Below are positions 7,797 to 16,925 of a stretch of 24,000 nt of DNA, in pieces. The translations under genes were made by a program, and so were the position numbers. Source of the DNA: Bryobacteraceae bacterium (lineage in GTDB: Bacteria > Acidobacteriota > Terriglobia > Bryobacterales > Bryobacteraceae); assembly GCA_035632015.1 (NCBI GenBank), contig DASQHQ010000104.1, forward strand, positions 56,529 through 80,528, given 5' to 3'. Under the pieces are notes generated by a model, which saw only the letters and a program-made list of their open reading frames with translations, ran no database searches and was not told the DNA's origin. Position 1 is the first letter of the stretch. The number at the start of each line of letters is the position of its first letter.

Positions 7797-8354
7797 GTGG
7801 ACGCGACGCGCGAAGACGTCGTTGGAATTGGTCTCAACGATGCCAAGGTCGATCTCGAGACGATCTTTCACGCTCAATACGGCCGGATCGCCCGCGTCAT
7901 AGCAGGGGTAATCAGAGACCCGGCGCGCGCCGAAGAGCTCGCCGTCGAGGTGTTTTTGAAGTGGGAGCGAACTCCCAATGCGCAGGGGAAAGACGCGGAA
8001 GGCTGGCTGTACCGCACGGCCGTGCGAATCGCTTTAAATGAGCTGCGGCGCAAGACATTGCGAATCCGCTACGAGCATCTACTGGGATTCGTGACGTCCA
8101 GGAGTACCGGCGGAGCGACGCCTCATGAAATCTACGCCGCTCAAGAGGAGCAACAGCGAGTCCGTCTCGTCCTGAGCGCCATGGAACCGCGCCAGGCGGA
8201 GTTGCTGCTCCTGCGCAGCAATGATCTCAGCTACCAGGAACTGGCTGCGACACTGAATCTCAACCCGGCTTCGATCGGAACGCTTCTCAGTCGCGCGCTG
8301 GAGGCGTTCCGAAAGGAGTTCATCCAGCGTTATGGAAAGGAGCGACATGGATAG
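7797..8354 (+). CDS. ECF-family RNA polymerase sigma-70 factor
   Basis: Region 2 is AEELAVEVFLKWERTP...GWLYRTAVRIALNELRR. Region 4 HTH is EPRQAELLLLRSNDLSYQELAATLNLNPASIGTLLSRALEAFRKEF. The ORF is open from 7617, but the first 60 codons lie in AT-rich intergenic-looking DNA. GTG 7797 gives a typical 185-aa ECF sigma. The start is uncertain. Confidence 0.85.
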   Translation: MDATREDVVGIGLNDAKVDLETIFHAQYGRIARVIAGVIRDPARAEELAVEVFLKWERTPNAQGKDAEGWLYRTAVRIALNELRRKTLRIRYEHLLGFVTSRSTGGATPHEIYAAQEEQQRVRLVLSAMEPRQAELLLLRSNDLSYQELAATLNLNPASIGTLLSRALEAFRKEFIQRYGKERHG

Positions 8355-9099
8355 AAATGACGAGAGCGAGCTCGATCGGATGATCGCGGAAGGATTTTCG
8401 AGCTTTCGCGCAGATGCCGGGTGGCATCCCGACCTTCAGCGCGGCCTGGCACTTCTCAGAGAACGGCGAGCGGCGGCGAATGGACGCAAGCGAAGGCGGG
8501 CCTTGCTGGCAACCGCGGCCGTGGTGGCCTGCCTGCCAGTCATGGCGCTCCCAGTAACCCGCGCATTCGCTGAACGCTGCGTGTCCGCGTGCGTGCAGGA
8601 GACCTCTGCCGTGCGCACGTTCCTAGGGGGGAGTGCACCAAGCACGATTTCCAGCCATACGTACGTGAAGCCTGGCGACCGCAAAATGGCGCCGGATTTC
8701 ACACTGAACGATGCGTCCGGCCGGCCCATCAGACTCTCCGAATCCCGCGGCAAGGTGGTTCTGCTGAACTTCTGGGCCACGTGGTGCGCCCCGTGCAAAC
8801 AGGAAATTCCATGGTTCATCGAATTCCAGCAATCCAACAGGCAACGCGGTTTTGCCGTCCTCGGTGTCTCGATGGATGAAGACGGCTGGAGTTCCGTCAA
8901 GCCCTATATCGACGAGAGCCGGGTTAACTACCCGGTGATGATCGGCAACGCCGAAACCGCCAGGCTGTTCGGCGGCGTAGATTCCATTCCGCTCACGCTC
9001 ATTATCGACAGATCCGGCCGGATCGCAGCCGTCCATAATGGATTGTGCACCAAGAACGAATACGAGAGCGACATTAGCGCAGTTCTGAACGAGAGGTAG
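8332..9099 (+). CDS. Single-pass membrane-anchored TlpA/ResA-type thiol:disulfide oxidoreductase (thioredoxin fold, WCAPC)
   Basis: ~55-aa N-terminal soluble segment, then KRRR followed by TM ALLATAAVVACLPVMALPV, then APDFTLNDASGRPIRLSESRGKVVLLNFWATWCAPCKQEIPWF...GVSMDE..., typical of TlpA-like redoxins. Two ATG starts are possible: 8332, or 8347 (AAGGAG 4 nt upstream, ATGGATAG overlap with the sigma stop). Confidence 0.85.
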   Translation: MERSDMDRNDESELDRMIAEGFSSFRADAGWHPDLQRGLALLRERRAAANGRKRRRALLATAAVVACLPVMALPVTRAFAERCVSACVQETSAVRTFLGGSAPSTISSHTYVKPGDRKMAPDFTLNDASGRPIRLSESRGKVVLLNFWATWCAPCKQEIPWFIEFQQSNRQRGFAVLGVSMDEDGWSSVKPYIDESRVNYPVMIGNAETARLFGGVDSIPLTLIIDRSGRIAAVHNGLCTKNEYESDISAVLNER

Positions 9100-9110
9100 G
9101 AGGAGAACAC

Positions 9111-9692
9111 ATGAAACTCGCGAAGCATCAACTGAACCACGTGCTTAAGAATCTGATCCAGCCTTTGGCCGCAGTCGCGGTGGGCGCGCTCCCGATGATG
9201 GGCGCTGACGTTTCCGCCAGTGCCAGGCAAATCTTTGACAAACAGTTGAGCCGCACGGAGCGTGAGGTGCTCGAATTGGTGGAGACGATGCCTGCGAACA
9301 AATTCGACTTCGCCCCCACGGAAGGCGCCTTTAAGAACGTGAGAACGTTCGGAGTACAGGCCCGGCACATAGCATTCTGCCTGAACGAGGTTGCGATCGC
9401 TCTATTGGGCGAAACAATGCTTCCGCACACGGATCAGGAGGGGCCGGCGAATCTGACGAGCAAGGACGACATCGTGAAGTATTTGAAGGCTGCGTTTGCG
9501 CACGCACACCGGGCGATCGGCACTTTAACGAATGAGAACCTGCTGGAGCAGATCTCAGATCCTTACAATGACAAGCTCAGAACAACGCGGGTGGATGCTG
9601 CAGGGACTTTCTTCTGGCACACCTACGATCACTACGGGCAGATGGTGGAGTACCTTCGAATGAATAACCTGGTGCCTCCCGGGCACCAATAA
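9111..9692 (+). CDS. DinB-family protein with probable N-terminal signal peptide
   Basis: A strong SD, tAGGAGGAG, contains the upstream stop codon. The hydrophobic stretch PLAAVAVGALPMMGA is followed by SASA|RQ. DinB His pattern: QARHIAF and FFWHTYDHYGQMVEYL (HxxxHxGQ). Confidence 0.8.
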   Translation: MKLAKHQLNHVLKNLIQPLAAVAVGALPMMGADVSASARQIFDKQLSRTEREVLELVETMPANKFDFAPTEGAFKNVRTFGVQARHIAFCLNEVAIALLGETMLPHTDQEGPANLTSKDDIVKYLKAAFAHAHRAIGTLTNENLLEQISDPYNDKLRTTRVDAAGTFFWHTYDHYGQMVEYLRMNNLVPPGHQ

Positions 9693-9711
9693 TGCGCCGG
9701 CCAAAGTGACT

Positions 9712-9746
9712 GCGGGTAGTTCTGAAAACGCCCTCTCAGTACCCGC
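9712..9746. terminator. Hairpin between convergent genes (possible bidirectional terminator)
   Basis: GCGGGTA (9712..9718) pairs with TACCCGC (9740..9746). An inner CTGA/TCAG pairing follows a 3-nt bulge, with a 10-nt loop. It lies between the stops at 9692 (+) and 9748 (-). There is no U-tract on either strand. Confidence 0.25.
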
Positions 9747-9747
9747 G

Positions 9748-10362
9748 CTATTTGGAAGGGATGGGTTCGCCCTCGGTTTGAAATTCGAACACTTCTCCGG
9801 CCGCGCGGGCCAACAGGGTTCCCGGTCCGAACGGCTTGCCGCCGTTGGGGAGGAAGATGGCGCCATCGGTCGACTCGCCCGCCAGGAGCTTGGTGGGTAC
9901 GAACGCGATGGCCGAAGCAGCCGCCCCCGCCTTTAGCCGCGGCGATACGCCTTCGGCCAGCGCGCTCTCACGCCGGCGCTCGTAGCCGTTGGTGGTCTGC
10001 AGGTTGATGTTGCCGTAGACTCCGGCCTCATAGGTAGTCACCAGTTTGATCACGTCGTGCCGGCTGGCTTTGGTCAGCAGCGCGCTCACGATGGCCAGGG
10101 CCGGTGACGCCTGCGACACGCTCCCATCCTGCCGGCGGTAGCTGAAATCCTCCGGTTTGACCATCCAGGGTATTGGGGAACCATTGGAGATGGAAACCTG
10201 CAAGATCGAATATTCCTTCAGATGCGAGGGCAAATAGGCAAACATCACCGTGACTCCGCCCTTGGTCAGGGTCTTGTAGTGCAGCCCATTCGATTCAAAG
10301 TCGATGACCTGCGCCTGCAATCCTGCCCCGGCCAGGAGGCAGAGCAGCGGACAAAGCCTCAT
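9748..10362 (-). CDS. Hypothetical exported protein, no family recognised
   Basis: The ORF is open to 10452. ATG 10362 gives a clean signal peptide MRLCPLLCLLAGAGLQA|QV and a 204-aa product. The upstream 30 codons are Arg/Pro-rich. I recognise no motifs. Confidence 0.6.
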   Translation of the reverse strand: MRLCPLLCLLAGAGLQAQVIDFESNGLHYKTLTKGGVTVMFAYLPSHLKEYSILQVSISNGSPIPWMVKPEDFSYRRQDGSVSQASPALAIVSALLTKASRHDVIKLVTTYEAGVYGNINLQTTNGYERRRESALAEGVSPRLKAGAAASAIAFVPTKLLAGESTDGAIFLPNGGKPFGPGTLLARAAGEVFEFQTEGEPIPSK

Positions 10363-10568
10363 AATCCAATGATACGGCGGAAACGTGGCGATTCGAGATA
10401 CCGGGTTGGACCGCCAGGGCGGCCGCCGGGAGCTTTGGTCTAGGGCCATCACCTTAACTCAGAGCCCCGCATCCTGACCGTCCTAAGGTCTCATGCCGCC
10501 ATAACTAGTACCAAGGACCAATTGTTGCGGGAGTTCTAAAGCCTTAGTCTAACTTCAGGAGTATCTTA

Positions 10569-11774
10569 ATGCTACGAGGCATGATCATCTGTCCGGACGC
10601 TGAGTTGAATCAGCGGCTGGAAGCGCTGTTGAGCGAGATTGGGATCGTGAGCGTCACCCGAACTCTGGAACGCTATCCCAATTCCCTGGAGTTGCTCCGC
10701 TTCGTTCGCGCCCACGCTCCGCACGTGCTGTTCGTGAGCACCGAGTCGACCGCGAAGGCCATAGAGATTACAAATGAGGTGGAAAAGAACACTCCTGGCA
10801 TACAGATTGTCGCCATCAGCCGTTTTTGCGATCCTCAAATTTTGCTGGAGGTGATGCGGGCGGGAATTCGCGAGTTCGCTTCGCTTCCGTTCGACCGGCA
10901 GGCCCTGGTGGATGCGCTGCGGCGGATCAGTGACGCCATCGAACAGCGGCCGCCGGCGGTGCTGGCGACCAACCACGTTTTCACCTTCCTGCCTTCCAAG
11001 GCCGGGGTAGGAACCTCCACCATCGCTCTGAACACGGCGGTCGCCATGGCGCGTCTGCCCAACGCCAGCGTCCTGCTCTCGGATTTTGACCTGAACTCGG
11101 GCATGCTGCGATTCATGCTGAAGCTGGAGAACTCCTACAGCGTTACCGACGCCGCGGAGCACTCGCTCGAGATGGACGAGAACATGTGGCCGTCCATGGT
11201 GACTTCGCTCGAAAAACTGGACGTGTTGCACGCCGGAAAGCTGAACCCGGACTTCCGCATCGAGCCCACCCAGATCCGGCATCTGATGGAGTTCATGCGC
11301 CGCAATTACAGCGCCCTGTGCTTCGATCTTTCAGGGAACCTGGAAAGATACTCGCTTGAAATCATGCACGAGTCCAAGAAGATTTTTCTGGTGTGCACGC
11401 CGGAAATCCCCTCGCTGCACCTGGCCCGGGAAAAACTGACCTATCTCAAGCAACTGGACCTTTCCGATCGCGTGTGCCTCTTGCTGAACCGCTGCCAGAA
11501 GCGGCCTCTGATTACTCCGGCCCAGATCCAGGAATTGGTCGGCGCTCCCGTGTACATGACGTTTCCCAACGACTACCAGGGCGTGCAGCGCGCACTGCAA
11601 TCCGGGCGCTGGGTGGAATCCAACACGGAACTCGGAAAACAGTTCACCGGCCTGGTCCAGTCCATGTTCGAGGCCAAGAGTTCCGCTCCCGCGGAAGCCA
11701 AGAAGCGTTTCATTGAGTTCTTCTCGGTGCCCGGCGTGTCGAGCACCTCCGTGGTCAAGAAATCCGCAAGCTGA
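10569..11774 (+). CDS. TadZ/CpaE-like protein: atypical receiver-like N-domain plus MinD/ParA-type ATPase domain with degenerate Walker A
   Basis: AGGAG lies 8 nt upstream of the ATG. The N-domain has REC-like topology but lacks the phospho-acceptor Asp (HVLFVSTE) and the conserved Lys (FASLPF). The C-domain has FTFLPSKAGVGTSTIALNTAV (KGGxGK[ST] degenerated to KAGVGTS), LLSDFDLNSG and ALCFDLSG. This matches the TadZ/CpaE architecture. Confidence 0.8.
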   Translation: MLRGMIICPDAELNQRLEALLSEIGIVSVTRTLERYPNSLELLRFVRAHAPHVLFVSTESTAKAIEITNEVEKNTPGIQIVAISRFCDPQILLEVMRAGIREFASLPFDRQALVDALRRISDAIEQRPPAVLATNHVFTFLPSKAGVGTSTIALNTAVAMARLPNASVLLSDFDLNSGMLRFMLKLENSYSVTDAAEHSLEMDENMWPSMVTSLEKLDVLHAGKLNPDFRIEPTQIRHLMEFMRRNYSALCFDLSGNLERYSLEIMHESKKIFLVCTPEIPSLHLAREKLTYLKQLDLSDRVCLLLNRCQKRPLITPAQIQELVGAPVYMTFPNDYQGVQRALQSGRWVESNTELGKQFTGLVQSMFEAKSSAPAEAKKRFIEFFSVPGVSSTSVVKKSAS

Positions 11775-11881
11775 TCGCATCCCGCAGGATTTCCGGATCT
11801 GTAGCGCCGGCCTCGATCGGCGTAAACCGGAGCAAAAGCCAGCCGCTCCGGCGCAGGCGCCGTGTTCGCTATCCTCTCTAG

Positions 11882-12481
11882 TTGGAAAGCACAGTCCTTC
11901 AATGGGTCCAAACCTATGGCTACGCCGCGATCTTCTCGCTCCTGGTCCTGGGCATCGTCGGGCTGCCGGTGCCCGATGAATTCCTGCTGACCGGTTGCGG
12001 ATTCCTCATCTTTCAGGGCGCCTTACGGCCGGCTCCCGCGTTCCTGAGCGCGCTGGCCGGAAGCATGTCCGGGATTACCTGCAGCTACCTGATCGGCCGT
12101 ACGCTCGGATGGAAATTCCTGCATTCGCGACTGGGCCGGCTGATCCACATCACTGATGAAGACATCCGCCGCGTCCACGACTGGTTCGATCGCATCGGCC
12201 ACTGGGCGCTGCTGACGGGCTATTTCATTCCGGGCGTGCGCCACTTCACGGCCATCGTAGCCGGCACGTCCAAGCTGGAACTTCGCTTGTTCGCGATGTT
12301 CGCCTACAGCGGGGCCGCCCTGTGGGTCAGCACGTTCCTGTTTATCGGATACCACTTTGGAAGCCGCTGGCAGCAGATCCTGACAGTGGTGGAACATCAC
12401 CTCAAGCTGGCTTCCCTGATTCTCGGCGCTGTCGTGCTGGCCTACGTCGTGGTACGGTATCTCCTGCGCCGCAGGAAATAG
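11882..12481 (+). CDS. DedA/VTT-domain family inner-membrane protein
   Basis: 199 aa. Motifs YGYAAIFSLLVLGIVGLPVPDEFLL and GYFIPGVRHFTAIVAGTSKL are characteristic DedA motifs. TTG at 11882 is the only possible start, because an in-frame TAG lies immediately upstream. Confidence 0.85.
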   Translation: MESTVLQWVQTYGYAAIFSLLVLGIVGLPVPDEFLLTGCGFLIFQGALRPAPAFLSALAGSMSGITCSYLIGRTLGWKFLHSRLGRLIHITDEDIRRVHDWFDRIGHWALLTGYFIPGVRHFTAIVAGTSKLELRLFAMFAYSGAALWVSTFLFIGYHFGSRWQQILTVVEHHLKLASLILGAVVLAYVVVRYLLRRRK

Positions 12482-12652
12482 GGGGCCGGTGGGCGCAGGC
12501 CGCGCACACGCAGGCCGGGCCTCCATTGGCTCTGTTCGGCCCGAGTAGTATCCTGAAAGAGGCGGCGGCTTTGCGCCGCTGAGCTCGTGACGCCCGCCCC
12601 ATTCCGGACAGGAACGAAACTAGAAGCCAAAGAAACCAAGGAGCCAGGAGGA

Positions 12653-13311
12653 TTGGCAACCGCAGTCGCAGACCGCTTCTACACCTCGACCATCGGGAAA
12701 AAGGCCGTGATGGCCGTGAGCGGCTGCATTCTCTTTCTCTTTGTCGTCGGCCACCTGATTGGGAATCTCCAGATCTACGAAGGGTCCGAAAAGCTGAACC
12801 GCTACGCGGTTTTTCTGCGCTCCTTACCGGCCGCGCTGTGGGGCGTCCGGATCGTGTTGCTGGTCATGGTGACTCTGCATGTGTGGTCGTCGGTTCAACT
12901 GGCGCTGCGCAATCTGGAAGCGCGGCCGGTGGGCTATGTCAAGAAGAAGCCTACCGAATCGACCTACGCCTCGCGCACCATGTACTGGAGCGGGCCAATC
13001 ATTCTGGCGTTCGTGATCTACCACTTGCTGGACTTCACCTTCGGCAAGGTGAATCCGCATTTCCAGCCGGGCAACGTGTACGGAAATGTGGTGGCGAGTT
13101 TCCAGGTCATTCCTGTGTCGGCGTTTTACATTGTGGCGATGCTGCTGCTGGGGCTGCATCTTTATCACGGGCTGTGGAGCATGTTTCAGTCACTCGGGTT
13201 TTCTCATCCGCGCTACACGCCGGTGCTAAGGCGGGCGGCCGCGGTGGCCGCGATCCTGATCGCCGCCGGAAACATCTCCATTCCGGTGTCGGTGCTGGCG
13301 GGGATCGTGCG

Positions 13312-13315
<4 letters not shown>
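12653..13315 (+). CDS. sdhC: Succinate dehydrogenase/fumarate reductase cytochrome b subunit (single large subunit, b558 type)
   Basis: Multi-TM protein with candidate heme-ligand His residues in [24 protein letters not shown] and GLHLYHGLW. Its stop overlaps the sdhA start (ATGA). The start is placed at TTG 12653 (AAGGAG 9 nt upstream). GTG 12587 is the ORF-track alternative. Confidence 0.85.
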
Positions 13316-15230
<1,915 letters not shown>

Positions 15231-15231
<1 letters not shown>

Positions 15232-15977
15232 TGCGCCTGATTCTGCAGGTCTGGCGGCAGAAGGGTCCGCAGGCGCGCGGCCGGATGGTGCGCTACGACG
15301 CCGGCGACGTCAATCCCGATATGTCGATGCTGGAACTGCTGGACGTCGTGAACGAGGAGCTGATCCTCAAAGGAGAAGAGCCGATCGCCTTCGAGCACGA
15401 CTGCCGCGAGGGCATCTGCGGCTCGTGCGGGTTCATGATCAACGGCATCGCGCATGGGCCGCTGCCGGCGACCACAGTGTGCCAGCTCAGCATGCGGCAT
15501 TTCCGCGACGGGCAGGAACTGTACCTCGAGCCGTGGCGCGCCAAGGCGTTTCCGGTGCTCAAGGACCTGGTGGTGGACCGCCGTGCGTTCGATCGCGTCA
15601 TCTCGGCCGGCGGCTACATCACGGTGCCCACCGGAAGCGCGCCGGACGGGAACAGCATTTTGATTCCCAAAGAGGACGCCGACCGGGCCATGGACGCGGC
15701 CGCCTGCATCGGCTGCGGCGCTTGTGTCGCGGCTTGTCCCAACGCGTCGGCTGCGTTGTTCACCGGCGCGAAGATCGCGCATTTGGGGCTGCTCCCGCAG
15801 GGGCAGCCGGAACGGCATGAGCGCGCTTTGCGCATGGTCCGGCAGTACAACCGCGAAGGCTTCGGAAGCTGCACCAACATCGGCGAGTGCGAGGCAGTGT
15901 GTCCGAAGGGAATCAAGCTGGAAGTGATCGCCCGGATGAACCGCGATTACATCCAGGCCATCTGGCAGCGGCGGTAA
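15231..15977 (+). CDS. sdhB: Succinate dehydrogenase/fumarate reductase iron-sulfur subunit
   Basis: Three Cys clusters: [10 protein letters not shown] (2Fe-2S), [12 protein letters not shown] (4Fe-4S) and [12 protein letters not shown] (3Fe-4S). The GTG start overlaps the sdhA TAG by 1 nt. Confidence 0.95.
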
Positions 15978-15990
15978 ACGCTGTGCCCCG

Positions 15991-16090
15991 CGCTCTCCTG
16001 CGTGCCGGGCCGACACTCGCGCCGACACTTGGTTTCTGGTCGATCCCCCCGGGCGTTCACACGGGTGTGAACGCGGCACGCAGGAGTGCG
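15991..16090. repeat. Nested inverted-repeat structured element in the sdhB/mrp convergent intergenic region
   Basis: Outer arms CGCTCTCCTGCGTGCCG (15991..16007) and CGGCACGCAGGAGTGCG (16074..16090) match at 16 of 17 positions, with a 13-bp perfect core. The inner hairpin is GCGTTCACA-CGGG-TGTGAACGC (16053..16074). A tandem direct repeat GCCGACACT sits at 16009..16017 and 16021..16029. Confidence 0.55.
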
Positions 16091-16103
16091 TACGCCACAA
16101 GGA

Positions 16104-16925
16104 CTAATCTTCGATTTTGATGGACGGGCCCTTCTTGGCTGACTCTTCCGCGGCGCGCCGCTCCACCTCGTGCGCGATGGCGACGAATCCGCGGCTGTCC
16201 TCGCCCAGCGTCACCGGGTGGCCGGAGTCCCCGCCTACGCGCACCGCCGGATCGAGCGCCAATTCGCCCAGAAACGGAACGTTCATGGTCTCCGCGGTTT
16301 TCCGGCCGCCGCCGTAGCTGAACACGTCGATGCGCTGCTTGCAGTGCGGGCACTCCAGGTAGCTCATGTTCTCCACCACCCCCAGGATCGGCACGCGCAC
16401 CTGTTGGAACATGTGAATGGCCTTGCGTGCGTCTTCGAGCGACACATCCGAAGGAGTGGTCACCACCACCGCGCCGGTAAGCGGCGCGGTCTGGATCAGG
16501 GTGAGCTGCACATCCCCGGTTCCGGGCGGAAGATCGATCAAAAGATAATCCAGCTCGCCCCAATCGACGCCGCGCAAAAACTGCTGGATCACGCTGTGCA
16601 GCATCGGGCCGCGCCACACCAGCGGCTTGTCGCCGGGATTGAGAAAACCCATCGACATGATGCGCACGCCATTTTTTTCGATGGGTTGAATGCGCTCGCC
16701 GATGGCATGTGGCGCTTCGCGCACGCCCATCATGAGCGGCACGTTGGGCCCGTATACGTCCGCGTCCAGCAGCCCGACCTTATGGTTCAAACGCGCCAGC
16801 GCGATCGCCAGGTTCACCGCCACCGTGGTTTTGCCGACGCCGCCCTTGCCGGAGCCGACCGCAATCAGATTCTGTACGCCAGGTATGGGGAGCTTGGGCT
16901 GCTCTTGCGCGGGATGTGGACCCAT
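16104..16925 (-). CDS. apbC: Mrp/NBP35/ApbC-family Fe-S cluster carrier ATPase
   Basis: Motifs IAVGSGKGGVGKTTVAVNLA (deviant Walker A), GLLDADVYGPN, and the CPHC motif in YLECPHCKQRIDVF. The start is taken at ATG 16925, which overlaps the upstream TGA (TGATG). ATG 16952 is the alternative. Confidence 0.9.
   Translation of the reverse strand: MGPHPAQEQPKLPIPGVQNLIAVGSGKGGVGKTTVAVNLAIALARLNHKVGLLDADVYGPNVPLMMGVREAPHAIGERIQPIEKNGVRIMSMGFLNPGDKPLVWRGPMLHSVIQQFLRGVDWGELDYLLIDLPPGTGDVQLTLIQTAPLTGAVVVTTPSDVSLEDARKAIHMFQQVRVPILGVVENMSYLECPHCKQRIDVFSYGGGRKTAETMNVPFLGELALDPAVRVGGDSGHPVTLGEDSRGFVAIAHEVERRAAEESAKKGPSIKIED

Noticed and set aside
10363-11881. A tad/flp pilus locus around the TadZ/CpaE-like gene
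   Set aside because: I looked for a Flp pilin-like small ORF (G-x4-EY type) in the flanking intergenic DNA and for CpaF/TadBC/secretin genes. None is present in the window.
12526-12581. Possible sdhC promoter (TTGGCT, 17-nt spacer, TATCCT at 12526..12554) followed by a GC hairpin (12561..12581)
   Set aside because: It is only a pattern match, 4 of 6 in each hexamer. The hairpin could equally be the dedA terminator. It is too weak to list as a feature without TSS data.
12838-13311. Upstream extension of the sdhA ORF (797 aa in the track) overlapping sdhC
   Set aside because: The extension is an alternative-frame read-through of sdhC with Gly/Arg/Ala-rich sequence. ATG 13312 gives the conserved flavoprotein N-terminus and an ATGA junction with sdhC.
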